A stretch of DNA of 46,456 bases, from contig LBRM01000001.1 in NCBI GenBank assembly GCA_000991415.1, forward strand, positions 5,232-51,687, in the 5' to 3' direction. Positions within the stretch are counted from its first letter, which is position 1. Every line of letters begins with the position of its first letter. Both the position numbers and the translations under genes were made by a program. Below, piece by piece: positions 27,588-36,420 of the stretch. The notes beneath the pieces were generated by a model. It saw nothing but the letters and a program-made list of their open reading frames with translations, was not told the origin of the DNA and ran no database searches. The DNA is from Candidatus Nomurabacteria bacterium GW2011_GWA1_36_15. Lineage in GTDB: Bacteria; Patescibacteriota; Minisyncoccia; Phycocordibacterales; UBA9973.

Positions 27588-27661
27588 TCCGCCTGCTACG
27601 ATTCGAACGTAGGACCCTCTAGGTATAAGCTAGATGCTCTAACCAGCTGAGCTACAGGCGG
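27588..27661 (-). tRNA. tRNA-Ile with anticodon UAU
   Basis: Acceptor CCGCCTG/CAGGCGG, U8, D arm GCTC-AGCTGGTTA-GAGC (Ile-like), anticodon stem TCTAG/CTAGA with loop CTTATAC, T arm CTACG-TTCGAAT-CGTAG, discriminator A. Confidence 0.8.
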
Positions 27662-27694
27662 ATAATTAACAACAATAACTATAACAAAATAAGG

Positions 27695-28375
27695 TTAAAA
27701 TGCAATTTTTTGTTTATTTAATAAAATATCTTGTATGTACTGTATACCCATCATAACTTCAGAGCAAATAGACCCGTTATCAAGAATAACTGAGCATGTT
27801 CCCTGTCCAAAACCATTAGTATAAGTTAAAGAAGATAGTTTAGTTTTTTTAATATAAGGTTTTCTAAATTGTGTAGTAGGGATACCAAGCGTCTTTGACC
27901 AAAAATTTATCTGCTTTCTTGTGTTCATATCAGAATATAAATGCAGATGAACTTTCAGTTTTGATTTAGGAACATTAAAAAATTTTAACCAACGGATAAA
28001 CAAAATAAGCATAGAAGGGTTTGTGTTAGTAAGTCCAATTGAGAATATTTTTGTTTTAGAACCTTCAGCCCAATATAAAAATAATCCCGCAATTAAAAAT
28101 TCTCTATCAGAAATAACTCCAATCCTTCGTGCAATATTCTGATATGCAACTCTATTTTTTGCATCACGTTTTGCCTTCATCGCATTCCTATATCTTTCAA
28201 TACGTTGAGGGCTATCAGCACGCAACTCTCTGATTCTCTTTTCTGACAATGGCATATCGTGAAGCCATTCACTTAAAGTACTTTTACTTACTTTAAGCTT
28301 TTCTTTAATCTGACTATAACTCATTCCTCTCTTACGCATTTCAAGGGCTTTTTGTTTATCTTTTTTCCTTGCCAT
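27695..28375 (-). CDS. HTH + LAGLIDADG-like homing-endonuclease-domain protein
   Basis: N-terminal resolvase-type HTH (RKRGMSYSQIKEKLKVSKSTLSEWL). The central LIAGLFLYWAEGSK resembles a LAGLIDADG motif. Confidence 0.5.
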   Translation of the reverse strand: MARKKDKQKALEMRKRGMSYSQIKEKLKVSKSTLSEWLHDMPLSEKRIRELRADSPQRIERYRNAMKAKRDAKNRVAYQNIARRIGVISDREFLIAGLFLYWAEGSKTKIFSIGLTNTNPSMLILFIRWLKFFNVPKSKLKVHLHLYSDMNTRKQINFWSKTLGIPTTQFRKPYIKKTKLSSLTYTNGFGQGTCSVILDNGSICSEVMMGIQYIQDILLNKQKIAF

Positions 28376-28444
28376 AAAAAAATACGAACCATTGGCTAAT
28401 AATTACAAATAATTATACACCTGTTCGTATTTCTATACAAGCTT

Positions 28445-30367
28445 TTAACTTTTTGTTTCTAATTTCGCATCTCCCCTCTTTTTTGGTATTATGCCATGAG
28501 CAGTGATTAATTTATCATACTCATCTTGCTCTAGAGTTTCAACTTCTATCAGTTTTTTAGCAATAGCATCTAATGCTTTCCTGTGTTCAGTTAAAACTTT
28601 CTCGGCTGATTTTATACCGTCATTTATAATCCTTGAAACTTCAGCGTCAACTTTCGTAGAAACTGTTTCGGAATATCCTTCTTCTCTAACTTCACCCCAA
28701 GCCAATTTCCCCCCTTCATTTCCTAAAGTAACTGGACCGATTAAATCAGACATCCCCCAACGGGTAACCATAGCGCGGGCTAAATTGGTGGCTACCTGCA
28801 AATCACTGGATGGACCGGTAGTAATATCGCCAAAAATCATTTTCTCCGTTACATACCCTCCCAGAGACATAGCAATATCATCTATGAATTCTTTTTTAGA
28901 TTGTAATCGTCTTTCTTCCAGAGGTAATTTTAAAGTATATCCTCCGGCATTACCACGAGCAATGATAGACACTTTATGCACTGGATCAGCATAAGGAAGC
29001 ACTGAAGCAACTAGGGCATGTCCTGCTTCATGATAAGCGGTAATTTCTTTTTCTTTTTTGGAAAGCAAATGGCTTTTCCTTTCAGGCCCAAGCATCACTT
29101 TTTCAATAGCCCGAATTAAATCGAATTGAAAAACTTTTTTGCGATTTTCTCGAGCTGCCAATATCGCTCCTTCATTCATTAAAGAATATAAATCAGCGCC
29201 AGAAAAACCGGGAGTTCGTTCGGCAATCAATTTTAAATTAACATCTTCAGCTAATGGTTTTAATCGCGCATGAATATTTAAAATCTCTTCACGATCTATT
29301 CGATCTGGTAAATCAAGCAATACCTTTCTGTCAAAACGTCCTGGACGAATAAGGGCTGGGTCAAGTACGTCTGGCCTATTGGTAGCAGCCATGACAATCA
29401 CTTTTTCATTGGGTTCAAAGCCATCCATTTCCACTAAAATTTGGTTTAGAGTTTGTTCACGTTCATCATTCCCTCCTCCAAATCCACCCCCGCGAGTCCT
29501 GCCTATTGCATCAAGTTCATCCATAAATACGATAGCTGGCGCTGCCTTTTTAGCCATTTTGAATAAGTCACGTACACGAGAGGCACCGACGCCCACGAAC
29601 ATTTCCACGAATTCACTTCCAGATAAGTGAAAAAAGGGCACTACTGCTTCTCCGGCCACTGCTCGCGCTAATAATGTCTTACCTGTGCCTGGAGGGCCAG
29701 TTAGAATTACTCCTTTGGGAATGCGAGCTCCAATATCTAAAAACTTTTTCGGGTTTTTCAAAAAATCAACAATTTCTTTTAGTTCTTCTTTGGCCTCTTT
29801 ACATCCAGCTACGTCTTTAAAAGTTACTTTGTTATTTTTATCATTCGGATCAGTGATACGAGCCTTGGATTGGCCAAAAGTAAACGCTTGCATACCTGCT
29901 CCTTTCACTTGGCGTGAAAGATACCAAAAGAAAAATAAAATAAAAATAATCGGCAAAAGGAAGGGTAACAAATTCATCAGCCAATATTTGAAACCGCTTT
30001 CATTCTTCACTTCTATATTTGTTGCGTTTAAGGCCTCTGGTTTCACTCCGTAATTAAAAAGGGTTTGGGAAAGAGAAGATTCCGTTTCTTTTTTAGAAGT
30101 TTTTATTTCGTCATTTTTAAAGGTGATCGTTAATTTTTCTCCTTCTACCAAAATATTTTTAACTTCCCCGGCTGAAACACTTTTAGCTAGGTCAGAAAGA
30201 GGAATTTCTGAGACACTTTTTGAAGTACCGGATATCATTAAATAAAAAGCGGTGATAGTAATAAAAATCAAAACAGCTCCAAGTATATTGCCAGAAAATT
30301 TAGGAATCTCTTGCTTTTTTTTGCCCTTATTTTTTATGTCTTTTTGATTTAAAAAGTTGAAATCCAT
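28445..30367 (-). CDS. ftsH: ATP-dependent zinc metalloprotease FtsH
   Basis: Two N-terminal TMs, AAA+ Walker A GPPGTGKT, Walker B FMDELD, SRH region and the HEAGHA zinc site. Confidence 0.95.
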   Translation of the reverse strand: MDFNFLNQKDIKNKGKKKQEIPKFSGNILGAVLIFITITAFYLMISGTSKSVSEIPLSDLAKSVSAGEVKNILVEGEKLTITFKNDEIKTSKKETESSLSQTLFNYGVKPEALNATNIEVKNESGFKYWLMNLLPFLLPIIFILFFFWYLSRQVKGAGMQAFTFGQSKARITDPNDKNNKVTFKDVAGCKEAKEELKEIVDFLKNPKKFLDIGARIPKGVILTGPPGTGKTLLARAVAGEAVVPFFHLSGSEFVEMFVGVGASRVRDLFKMAKKAAPAIVFMDELDAIGRTRGGGFGGGNDEREQTLNQILVEMDGFEPNEKVIVMAATNRPDVLDPALIRPGRFDRKVLLDLPDRIDREEILNIHARLKPLAEDVNLKLIAERTPGFSGADLYSLMNEGAILAARENRKKVFQFDLIRAIEKVMLGPERKSHLLSKKEKEITAYHEAGHALVASVLPYADPVHKVSIIARGNAGGYTLKLPLEERRLQSKKEFIDDIAMSLGGYVTEKMIFGDITTGPSSDLQVATNLARAMVTRWGMSDLIGPVTLGNEGGKLAWGEVREEGYSETVSTKVDAEVSRIINDGIKSAEKVLTEHRKALDAIAKKLIEVETLEQDEYDKLITAHGIIPKKRGDAKLETKS

Positions 30368-30431
30368 GATTTGTTATCATAGCACAAAAAAGCCAAAAAT
30401 TAAAATTATTAAAATATGCTAAGATTAAAAC

Positions 30432-30878
30432 ATGGCTAATTATGCCGAAAATAGAAAAGCAAGATTTGATTATGAAATTTTAGGAAAATACGAAGCTGGT
30501 ATTGAGCTTTTAGGTATGGAAGTTAAATCTATTAGAAATGGAAAAATGTCTTTAGAAAGTGCTTTTGTGATAATCAGAGGAGGAGAAGCTTTTTTAATAA
30601 ATGTCAATATTCCACCTTATCAACCAAATAATGTACTAAAAGATTATAATCCGCTTCGCAATAGAAAACTTTTGATGACAAAAAAGGAAATAGCAATCTT
30701 AGCGGGTAGTGAAAAAAATAAAAGTTTGACAATAGTGCCGATTTCAGTGTACAATAAGGGTAGAAAAATCAAAGTAGAAATTGCTTTGGTTAAGGGTAAG
30801 AAAAAACAAGACAAACGTGAAAGCATAAAAAAACGCGAGACAGATCGCGAAATCAGGCGCGAGTATAAAGGACATTGA
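30432..30878 (+). CDS. smpB: SsrA-binding protein
   Basis: NRKARFDYEI...GIELLGMEVKS...LLMTKKEI signatures. It lies directly upstream of tmRNA. Confidence 0.9.
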   Translation: MANYAENRKARFDYEILGKYEAGIELLGMEVKSIRNGKMSLESAFVIIRGGEAFLINVNIPPYQPNNVLKDYNPLRNRKLLMTKKEIAILAGSEKNKSLTIVPISVYNKGRKIKVEIALVKGKKKQDKRESIKKRETDREIRREYKGH

Positions 30879-30889
30879 TAAAAAAATAT

Positions 30890-31286
30890 GGGGATGCAAG
30901 GCATAGACAGTGGGTCTAATGTAAAGATGCATGTCGAGCATGAACATAATCTCGTTAAAATTTGTTCAAATGTTAATTGCAAAATTAACTTCCAAAGCTA
31001 GAGCAATCGCTTCTCCTTACTTCGGTATGGCAGAATTTGCTTTCGCTTCAGTTTCCGCTTCGGCGTAAGCTGATGTCTTTCTCATAGACTTCCGATATAT
31101 GAGAGTTAGGCATAATATTATCGGGATAGTACCGATGCTTTCCTGACATCGGGACAAAATAAAGGGAATCGATTAAAAAATATTTTGCTCGTTTAATAAT
31201 TTTTTAATTTAAATCAAAAACGCGTCACACATGTGGATTTCTTTACAAAAACCTTCTGCACGGGGATTCAATTTCCCCCATCTCCA
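30890..31286 (+). ncRNA. ssrA: tmRNA (SsrA)
   Basis: 5' GGGGATG pairs with 3' CATCTCC (one G-U pair), T arm GGGGA-TTCAATT-TCCCC, discriminator A. An internal tag reading frame ends ...AEFAFASVSASA-TAA (stop at 31066-31068). It follows smpB. The resume codon was not determined. Confidence 0.85.
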
Positions 31287-32850
31287 CATCGTGGGGATTT
31301 GCGACTGCAAATTCCTCAAATAACCTTATGGTTGTTGGTATTTCATTGGTTCGATAACCTTCTTTTAGGCTATATGGTAATTTGGTATCGAAAATGAAGT
31401 AAAATAACCTTCTTTGCTCTAGTAAATCCAAATTAACCCATGCTTTATATGGGCTTTTTAGCATTGTAGTTGATTTATCTAAAGCGGTTCGATAAGGAAT
31501 GGCCATATCGGCTTTGATTTCTAATTTTTCATCCAAACTCTCTATTTCTTTGACAAAGTTTTCAATCTGTTCCTCGTATGTTTGACGAACTCTTTCAGAC
31601 TTAGCGGATATAGCCATCTTTGTTAGGGCAGATATCTCATTCGATAGTTTATCCTTACGAGTTTTATTTTGTTGATCCAGATTGTTATCTTTTTTTACTT
31701 CGTCATCCCACGCCCTATCAAACATTAAAGTTACCAATTCTCCCACTTCTGGCTTAAGATTATTTTTCTTTAGAATTTCTACAAATCCATCTTCAACATC
31801 TTTTTTTCTTGCACTCTTGCCATATGCTATGCATCCTTTAGTGTGGCAAATATAGTAAGCCCAGCGAAGGTTTTTCTTTACTTTTGTTGTCCATGCCGCC
31901 GTTAGTGGCTTATGGCAGTGAGTACATATTAGAAGATTTCTAAGTGGAAAATCTGAAGATACATCAACCCTAATGCGAACTCCAGAATCTTCTTTTTTCA
32001 ATCTTTTCTGAATAAGCTCAAATGTTTCAGTAGAAATAATTCCTTTATGTTTACCAAGACGACGTGTTACTCCCCACATTGGATATTCTATGTAACCCAT
32101 GTAAAATGGATCTTTAAGAATTTGTGTCAACTTATCAATATATTTTTCTGGTGATTGTTTTGTCCAAAACCCCTTCTCTACCAGAAATTTACAAACATCA
32201 ATTTTTCGGATAAAGATCCCCGTCGAAAAGTTTTCTAATGCTGGCTTTAATACTTCCAATCCTTCTTTTGTGGCAATTGATAACCTACCATGTGTAGGGT
32301 CTTTAGGCATTATATAACCTCTTTTTGCACCAAATGACCAATATCCTAGTTCAAGTCGTGCCTTTTGTTTTTGTATAACCTGCCTCCGATTTTGTTCACG
32401 TTCTAATTCCGCTTGTCCCGCAAACATGAGCTCTACAAATTTTCCTTCAGCACTTTCATCGAAGTTATAATTCAGACAAAGTAGTTTAACATCACGCATA
32501 TGGAATTCGGTTTTTAGTTCAAAGTGAAATTTTGCATCACGAGCAAATCTCTTTAAGTCATCAAAAACTACAAGAAATCTTTTATGTGGATTAGCATCAA
32601 TATGAGCTAATAACTCTCGCATCGCTGGTCTTTTCATAAAATCTCCGCCACCGCTATAGCTATCTGGGAAGGTCTTGTCATAAGGCACGCCTATACGTTC
32701 TAATTCTTTGATACAACGACTGTCTTGGCTCATTAATCCAGTCCCGTCTGTTTCTTGTCTTTTACTTGATACACGGGCGTATATAAGCCCAATACGACCT
32801 TCATAAGTTTTTTCTTCTTTATTTAGATTTATTTTTCGCGCTTTGCTCAT
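31243..32850 (-). CDS. Large serine recombinase (island integrase)
   Basis: IYARVSSKRQ catalytic motif, recombinase domain, zinc ribbon CTHCHKPL...ICHTKGC and a coiled-coil. The last 14 codons overlap the tmRNA T arm and acceptor (31243-31286). Confidence 0.85.
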   Translation of the reverse strand: MSKARKINLNKEEKTYEGRIGLIYARVSSKRQETDGTGLMSQDSRCIKELERIGVPYDKTFPDSYSGGGDFMKRPAMRELLAHIDANPHKRFLVVFDDLKRFARDAKFHFELKTEFHMRDVKLLCLNYNFDESAEGKFVELMFAGQAELEREQNRRQVIQKQKARLELGYWSFGAKRGYIMPKDPTHGRLSIATKEGLEVLKPALENFSTGIFIRKIDVCKFLVEKGFWTKQSPEKYIDKLTQILKDPFYMGYIEYPMWGVTRRLGKHKGIISTETFELIQKRLKKEDSGVRIRVDVSSDFPLRNLLICTHCHKPLTAAWTTKVKKNLRWAYYICHTKGCIAYGKSARKKDVEDGFVEILKKNNLKPEVGELVTLMFDRAWDDEVKKDNNLDQQNKTRKDKLSNEISALTKMAISAKSERVRQTYEEQIENFVKEIESLDEKLEIKADMAIPYRTALDKSTTMLKSPYKAWVNLDLLEQRRLFYFIFDTKLPYSLKEGYRTNEIPTTIRLFEEFAVANPHDVEMGEIESPCRRFL

Positions 32851-32992
32851 ATAGGTTGTTTTTATACTTTTCTATTTCACTTCTAATCACATTTTTACAA
32901 AACGATTCGAGAAACTGAAGTCGTGATTTGACCAACTCATCGGGGGATACAAAATCTTTAAGTATCCTTCTATATTCTTCAATCGTAACCAT
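32819..32992 (-). CDS. Candidate 57-aa helical protein (possible directionality factor), not in the ORF track
   Basis: Hand translation gives MVTIEEYRRILKDFVSPDELVKSRLQFLESFCKNVIRSEIEKYKNNLYEQSAKNKSK. It overlaps the recombinase start by 32 nt. No clear SD is present. Confidence 0.3.
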   Translation of the reverse strand: MVTIEEYRRILKDFVSPDELVKSRLQFLESFCKNVIRSEIEKYKNNLYEQSAKNKSK

Positions 32993-33079
32993 GTTCTATT
33001 TTGGTTGCGATACTGTCCCAGTTTTTGCTGATAACTCATATCTTGTTTTAATAAATGCCTCGGTTTTTCCGATAGCAAA

Positions 33080-33910
33080 CTAATTATCACTAACACGTCT
33101 ATTTTTTGTAATGCGTAATGATTGACGTTTCCCATTTTCGTATTTAGCTAAAATACTTCCATACATTCTATCTTCTCCATTTAGTTTCTGTATTTCTTGA
33201 GTCGCAGATCCGATTTTAGTTTCAGATGTTTCTATATCAGTGATTTTGTTTTTGCGGAATTTTATTTTGACTTCATCTTTTTCACCACTTCTTAAGTCAG
33301 ACAAAACTTCGGTTTCTGTATTTGATAGCCATATCAATGGTCGAGGGGGCATGGGCGTTAGACCTATTTCCTTAACGATGGATTTAAGAGAAATCAAGAG
33401 CATGTCGTTTGTCTTAAAATGTTTTTGTTTTGCTATTTCAATTTCTTCCGTACTTCCTATTCCACCAACTCCATTAGCTAATGCTACTATATATGGATCA
33501 TCATCACTGAAACATGCCCTTGCCACATAATATTCAAAGGCGGGATAAATTTCGTTATGATTTTTATCCCAATCAACTATACTAGCTTTCACTCGAGCAA
33601 TTTTATCTAAAGAAAAACCATAAGCACGAAATCGCTCAATGGCTTTTAGCCACACCAACTCAACAAAGGTAAATTTACGCCAGCCCATATTACCTTTTAG
33701 GCCCTTGGGCAGTAAATTATTTTTGTCCCAGTTATTTATAACTCTATACGGAATTTTTGTATCACCAACTGTGTATTTACGCATATTAAAATTTTCTTGC
33801 GTCTTCTTAAAATGTTCTCCAGAGAAGTACTCTTGAATGGCATGACGGAAGACGTTTCCTTTTGGGATTAAGTACTTGTCCGATGGATCGACTTTAACTT
33901 TTTTCCTCAT
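33080..33910 (-). CDS. MerR-like HTH protein (regulator or excisionase-like)
   Basis: YTVGDTKIPYRVINNWDKNNLLP...WRKFTFVELVWLKAIERFRAYGFSLDKI fits the MerR-type HTH + wing + helix pattern. A unique C-terminal domain follows. Confidence 0.6.
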   Translation of the reverse strand: MRKKVKVDPSDKYLIPKGNVFRHAIQEYFSGEHFKKTQENFNMRKYTVGDTKIPYRVINNWDKNNLLPKGLKGNMGWRKFTFVELVWLKAIERFRAYGFSLDKIARVKASIVDWDKNHNEIYPAFEYYVARACFSDDDPYIVALANGVGGIGSTEEIEIAKQKHFKTNDMLLISLKSIVKEIGLTPMPPRPLIWLSNTETEVLSDLRSGEKDEVKIKFRKNKITDIETSETKIGSATQEIQKLNGEDRMYGSILAKYENGKRQSLRITKNRRVSDN

Positions 33911-33915
33911 TTATG

Positions 33916-33937
33916 AATTATACATCAATGTATAATT
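33916..33937. promoter_or_regulatory. Perfect 10+10 palindrome (operator candidate) overlapping -10-like boxes
   Basis: AATTATACAT-CA-ATGTATAATT lies 6 nt upstream of the MerR-like ATG. It contains TATAAT on both strands. Confidence 0.55.
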
Positions 33938-33990
33938 TAAGCAAGTCTATAATGTGGATAACTCTAACGACTGGATCGCATATTTTTGGC

Positions 33991-34019
33991 TTCAAATTCT
34001 TCCAATTTTGTGTTACAAT
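33991..34019 (+). promoter_or_regulatory. Sigma70-type promoter for the rightward island transcript
   Basis: TTCAAA (33991-33996), a 17-nt spacer, then TACAAT (34014-34019) with an upstream TG (extended -10). Confidence 0.6.
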
Positions 34020-34020
34020 C

Positions 34021-34216
34021 GGGTTACAAGTTAATAAGTGGCCTAACCCTTAAAAATATTTGAGGTATGGTTGTAAAGCCTGCAACGGAGCAAAAAACCC
34101 ATCATTGGGGGCTACCGTTGCAGGTCTTACGTCGAAAGATGTATGGATAGCGAAAGCTATCACCCTAGTGGTGGGCTTTTTGCGTTTCATTACTAATTTA
34201 GACTAAATAAATTTAT
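34021..34216 (+). promoter_or_regulatory. Roughly 190-nt structured 5' leader RNA
   Basis: GGGTTA/TAACCC (34021-34049); a 10-bp helix CCTGCAACGG/CCGTTGCAGG (34079-34124); and two adjacent GAAA-tetraloop hairpins (34130-34141 and 34146-34161). No ORF is present and no known riboswitch was recognised. Confidence 0.45.
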
Positions 34217-35194
34217 ATGAAAAAATATCTCGCAATTTTGTTTTTAATAGCATTCACTGTTCCATCAGTTGCCTTGGCTTCTTGGTGGAATCCTTTTAGT
34301 TGGTTTAATAACTGGAGTTTTAATAAAAAAGAAGCGATACCACAGGTACAGGTAGAAGTAGAGAAAACTACTCCATCTGCAGACAATTCGGCAATCGTTA
34401 TTAAAACAGAGCAAGATATTGCTAAACAAGAAACGAAAGAACAAGTAAGAAATAACACTGTTTCGGTTTCACCTGATGTCTTAATTTGCAATGGGAAAGA
34501 ATGGTCGAAATGTCCTGCTGGACATAACTTTTATTGTCCTGCACAAGGCGATGCACAGTGTGTACCACAACTTTCTGTCTTAACAAATAATCAAGTTAAT
34601 ACTTCCGTAAAGCAAGATCCCCCTCCATCATTAGCACCACAACAGACAAGTCAAGAAACTCAAAAGACTTCGCCATCTAATACTATTTTGTGTAATGGGA
34701 AATACTGGACACCTTGTTCGAGTGGACGTGAGCTTATCTGCCCCGCCAACGGTGATGCATATTGCAAGGTTCAATTGACGCAAGTACAACTACAACGTGC
34801 TACAAATAATAAAAATAATTTTATTCAGCGTTTTGATATTTTGTTGAAAGACTACCGAGACTTTCGAGATATACAATCAAAGGAGATTGATGCTATGAAC
34901 CAGATGCTCGTGGAGTTAGGAAAGTATACTGGAGCAATAACGGAGTTGAAAGTTACCCTTACTAAGCAAAGGAGGGAGCGATTGATTAAGAGTTTGAGCT
35001 CATTTAATCAGCTTATTACTGCTAGGGAACGAATGAAATCAGATTACCAAAATCTTGATGTTGAAATGTATCTCGAAAATAACTTTGAGGATGCTTTACA
35101 AGATGGATCTTCGTTCCTTAATAAAACGAAGACTCAATTCGAGCAAGATAAAGCGGTATATTACGACTATATCTCAAAACAAATTCACATATGA
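34217..35194 (+). CDS. Secreted protein with two Cys-rich repeats and a coiled-coil C-terminus
   Basis: Signal peptide MKKYLAILFLIAFTVPSVALA. Repeats are ICNGKEWSKCPAGHNFYCPAQGDAQCV and LCNGKYWTPCSSGRELICPANGDAYCK. Confidence 0.65.
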   Translation: MKKYLAILFLIAFTVPSVALASWWNPFSWFNNWSFNKKEAIPQVQVEVEKTTPSADNSAIVIKTEQDIAKQETKEQVRNNTVSVSPDVLICNGKEWSKCPAGHNFYCPAQGDAQCVPQLSVLTNNQVNTSVKQDPPPSLAPQQTSQETQKTSPSNTILCNGKYWTPCSSGRELICPANGDAYCKVQLTQVQLQRATNNKNNFIQRFDILLKDYRDFRDIQSKEIDAMNQMLVELGKYTGAITELKVTLTKQRRERLIKSLSSFNQLITARERMKSDYQNLDVEMYLENNFEDALQDGSSFLNKTKTQFEQDKAVYYDYISKQIHI

Positions 35195-35258
35195 AAAATA
35201 AAAAACAGCGTCTCTACTTAGATTACTCCTCTAAAATTAATAGCTTAAGATAACTAAA

Positions 35259-35495
35259 ATGCCAAAATTACTAGGATTCGTTATTGTTGCAGTGATCGCG
35301 TACTTTATAGGGTATAGCAGTGGTATTGGCAATCAGTCGCCAAAGTATGGAGATAGCGGTTTCCCAAAAAACTGCAGAGCATTAATATCGGACAACTTGA
35401 AAGGCTTTGCAATCGATGAATATACAGCCGAAGAAGCTCTTTATTCAATAGAAAGAAACTGTGGTCCTAATGGCTATATTTGGGACGAACGATAA
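35259..35495 (+). CDS. Small membrane-anchored protein
   Basis: N-terminal TM (LLGFVIVAVIAYFIGY) followed by a ~55-aa soluble domain with two Cys. Confidence 0.45.
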   Translation: MPKLLGFVIVAVIAYFIGYSSGIGNQSPKYGDSGFPKNCRALISDNLKGFAIDEYTAEEALYSIERNCGPNGYIWDER

Positions 35496-35654
35496 AAATT
35501 AGTGATATGGAGGCCTTATTTATTGCTGTAATCATTTGGATAATATTTTCTCGAATAGTGGATGGAAAATACCCCTGGAATTGAACTGTCTGAAACTTTT
35601 ATAGGAGGTCAGTATTGTCATTGCAAAAATCCAAAGTCGTGTTAGGTTTACTAT

Positions 35655-36419
35655 ATGATCCCCAAACAAAGTACCATTGACGAGATTATTACGAGTGAAA
35701 GTGAACTTTTTTATGTTGCAGAAAAAAAGTACGGTGATTATTTTGTAAATTCCTTTAAATTTAATGGTTTATTACAAAACTTCACAGTGTCCGTAGATGC
35801 AAGTAGACATGTTTTCGCTGCATTTTTATCGCAAGTAAGAAAACATCTAACATTGGCTTTATTTTCCGCTGTAAGGTTACATCACACACAGGCAATGATG
35901 AATCTTAGGCAAGTGCTAGAAGCAGGGGCATTTGCTGCATACGCTATAGCCAACCCTGATAAAGAAAATTTTGTCGAGAAAAGAGAGGATGGGTATCTAG
36001 ATGCCCCCCAGGGGCTGATAGTACAAAGATACAAATGGTTGGAAGAAAATTACCCAGAAGGTCAAAAACCCATGAAGCAATTTAAGGATATCATAAACCA
36101 AACCACTGCACACTCTAACCTTATTTATGCTTATAACAACTTCTATTTTAACGAAGAAACTGGTAAATTTGAGACGCCTTTTTTTGATATTGGAAACGAG
36201 CGTCTAGTTAAAACAGATTTATGGCAAATAGGAAATGTTGCTATGGGATTAATGGATTTGTTTTATGGAGTAGATAAAAAAATAGGGTCAATAAAATTTG
36301 TTGACAACTTTATTCCTCACCTAAAAAATCTGGAGGTTGAGAATAAGAGGCTAGGTAAAGAAATGAAAACGATTCTTGATGAGAGAATAAAAAAACACAC
36401 CATTAATAAACCTAAATAA
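35655..36419 (+). CDS. Hypothetical helical protein (possibly a DUF5677/AbiV-like fold)
   Basis: All-helical composition. The LRQVLEAGAFAAYAI segment resembles that family, but the assignment is weak. Confidence 0.45.
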   Translation: MIPKQSTIDEIITSESELFYVAEKKYGDYFVNSFKFNGLLQNFTVSVDASRHVFAAFLSQVRKHLTLALFSAVRLHHTQAMMNLRQVLEAGAFAAYAIANPDKENFVEKREDGYLDAPQGLIVQRYKWLEENYPEGQKPMKQFKDIINQTTAHSNLIYAYNNFYFNEETGKFETPFFDIGNERLVKTDLWQIGNVAMGLMDLFYGVDKKIGSIKFVDNFIPHLKNLEVENKRLGKEMKTILDERIKKHTINKPK

Positions 36420-36420
36420 T

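Noticed and set aside
28382-28430. ATACGAAC/GTTCGTAT inverted repeat plus T6, considered as an ftsH terminator
   Set aside because: The 8-bp AT-rich stem with a 33-nt loop is too weak to call an intrinsic terminator. It is mentioned only in the context of the downstream gene.
28503-30053. Plus-strand ORFs antisense to ftsH (28503-28994, 29379-29630, 29685-30053)
   Set aside because: They are shadow ORFs of a highly conserved gene.
32887-33135. An 82-aa ORF in the track between the recombinase and the MerR-like gene
   Set aside because: It overlaps the C-terminus of the 276-aa gene by 56 nt and has odd composition. The alternative 57-aa frame (32819-32992) is more protein-like, and even that is low confidence.
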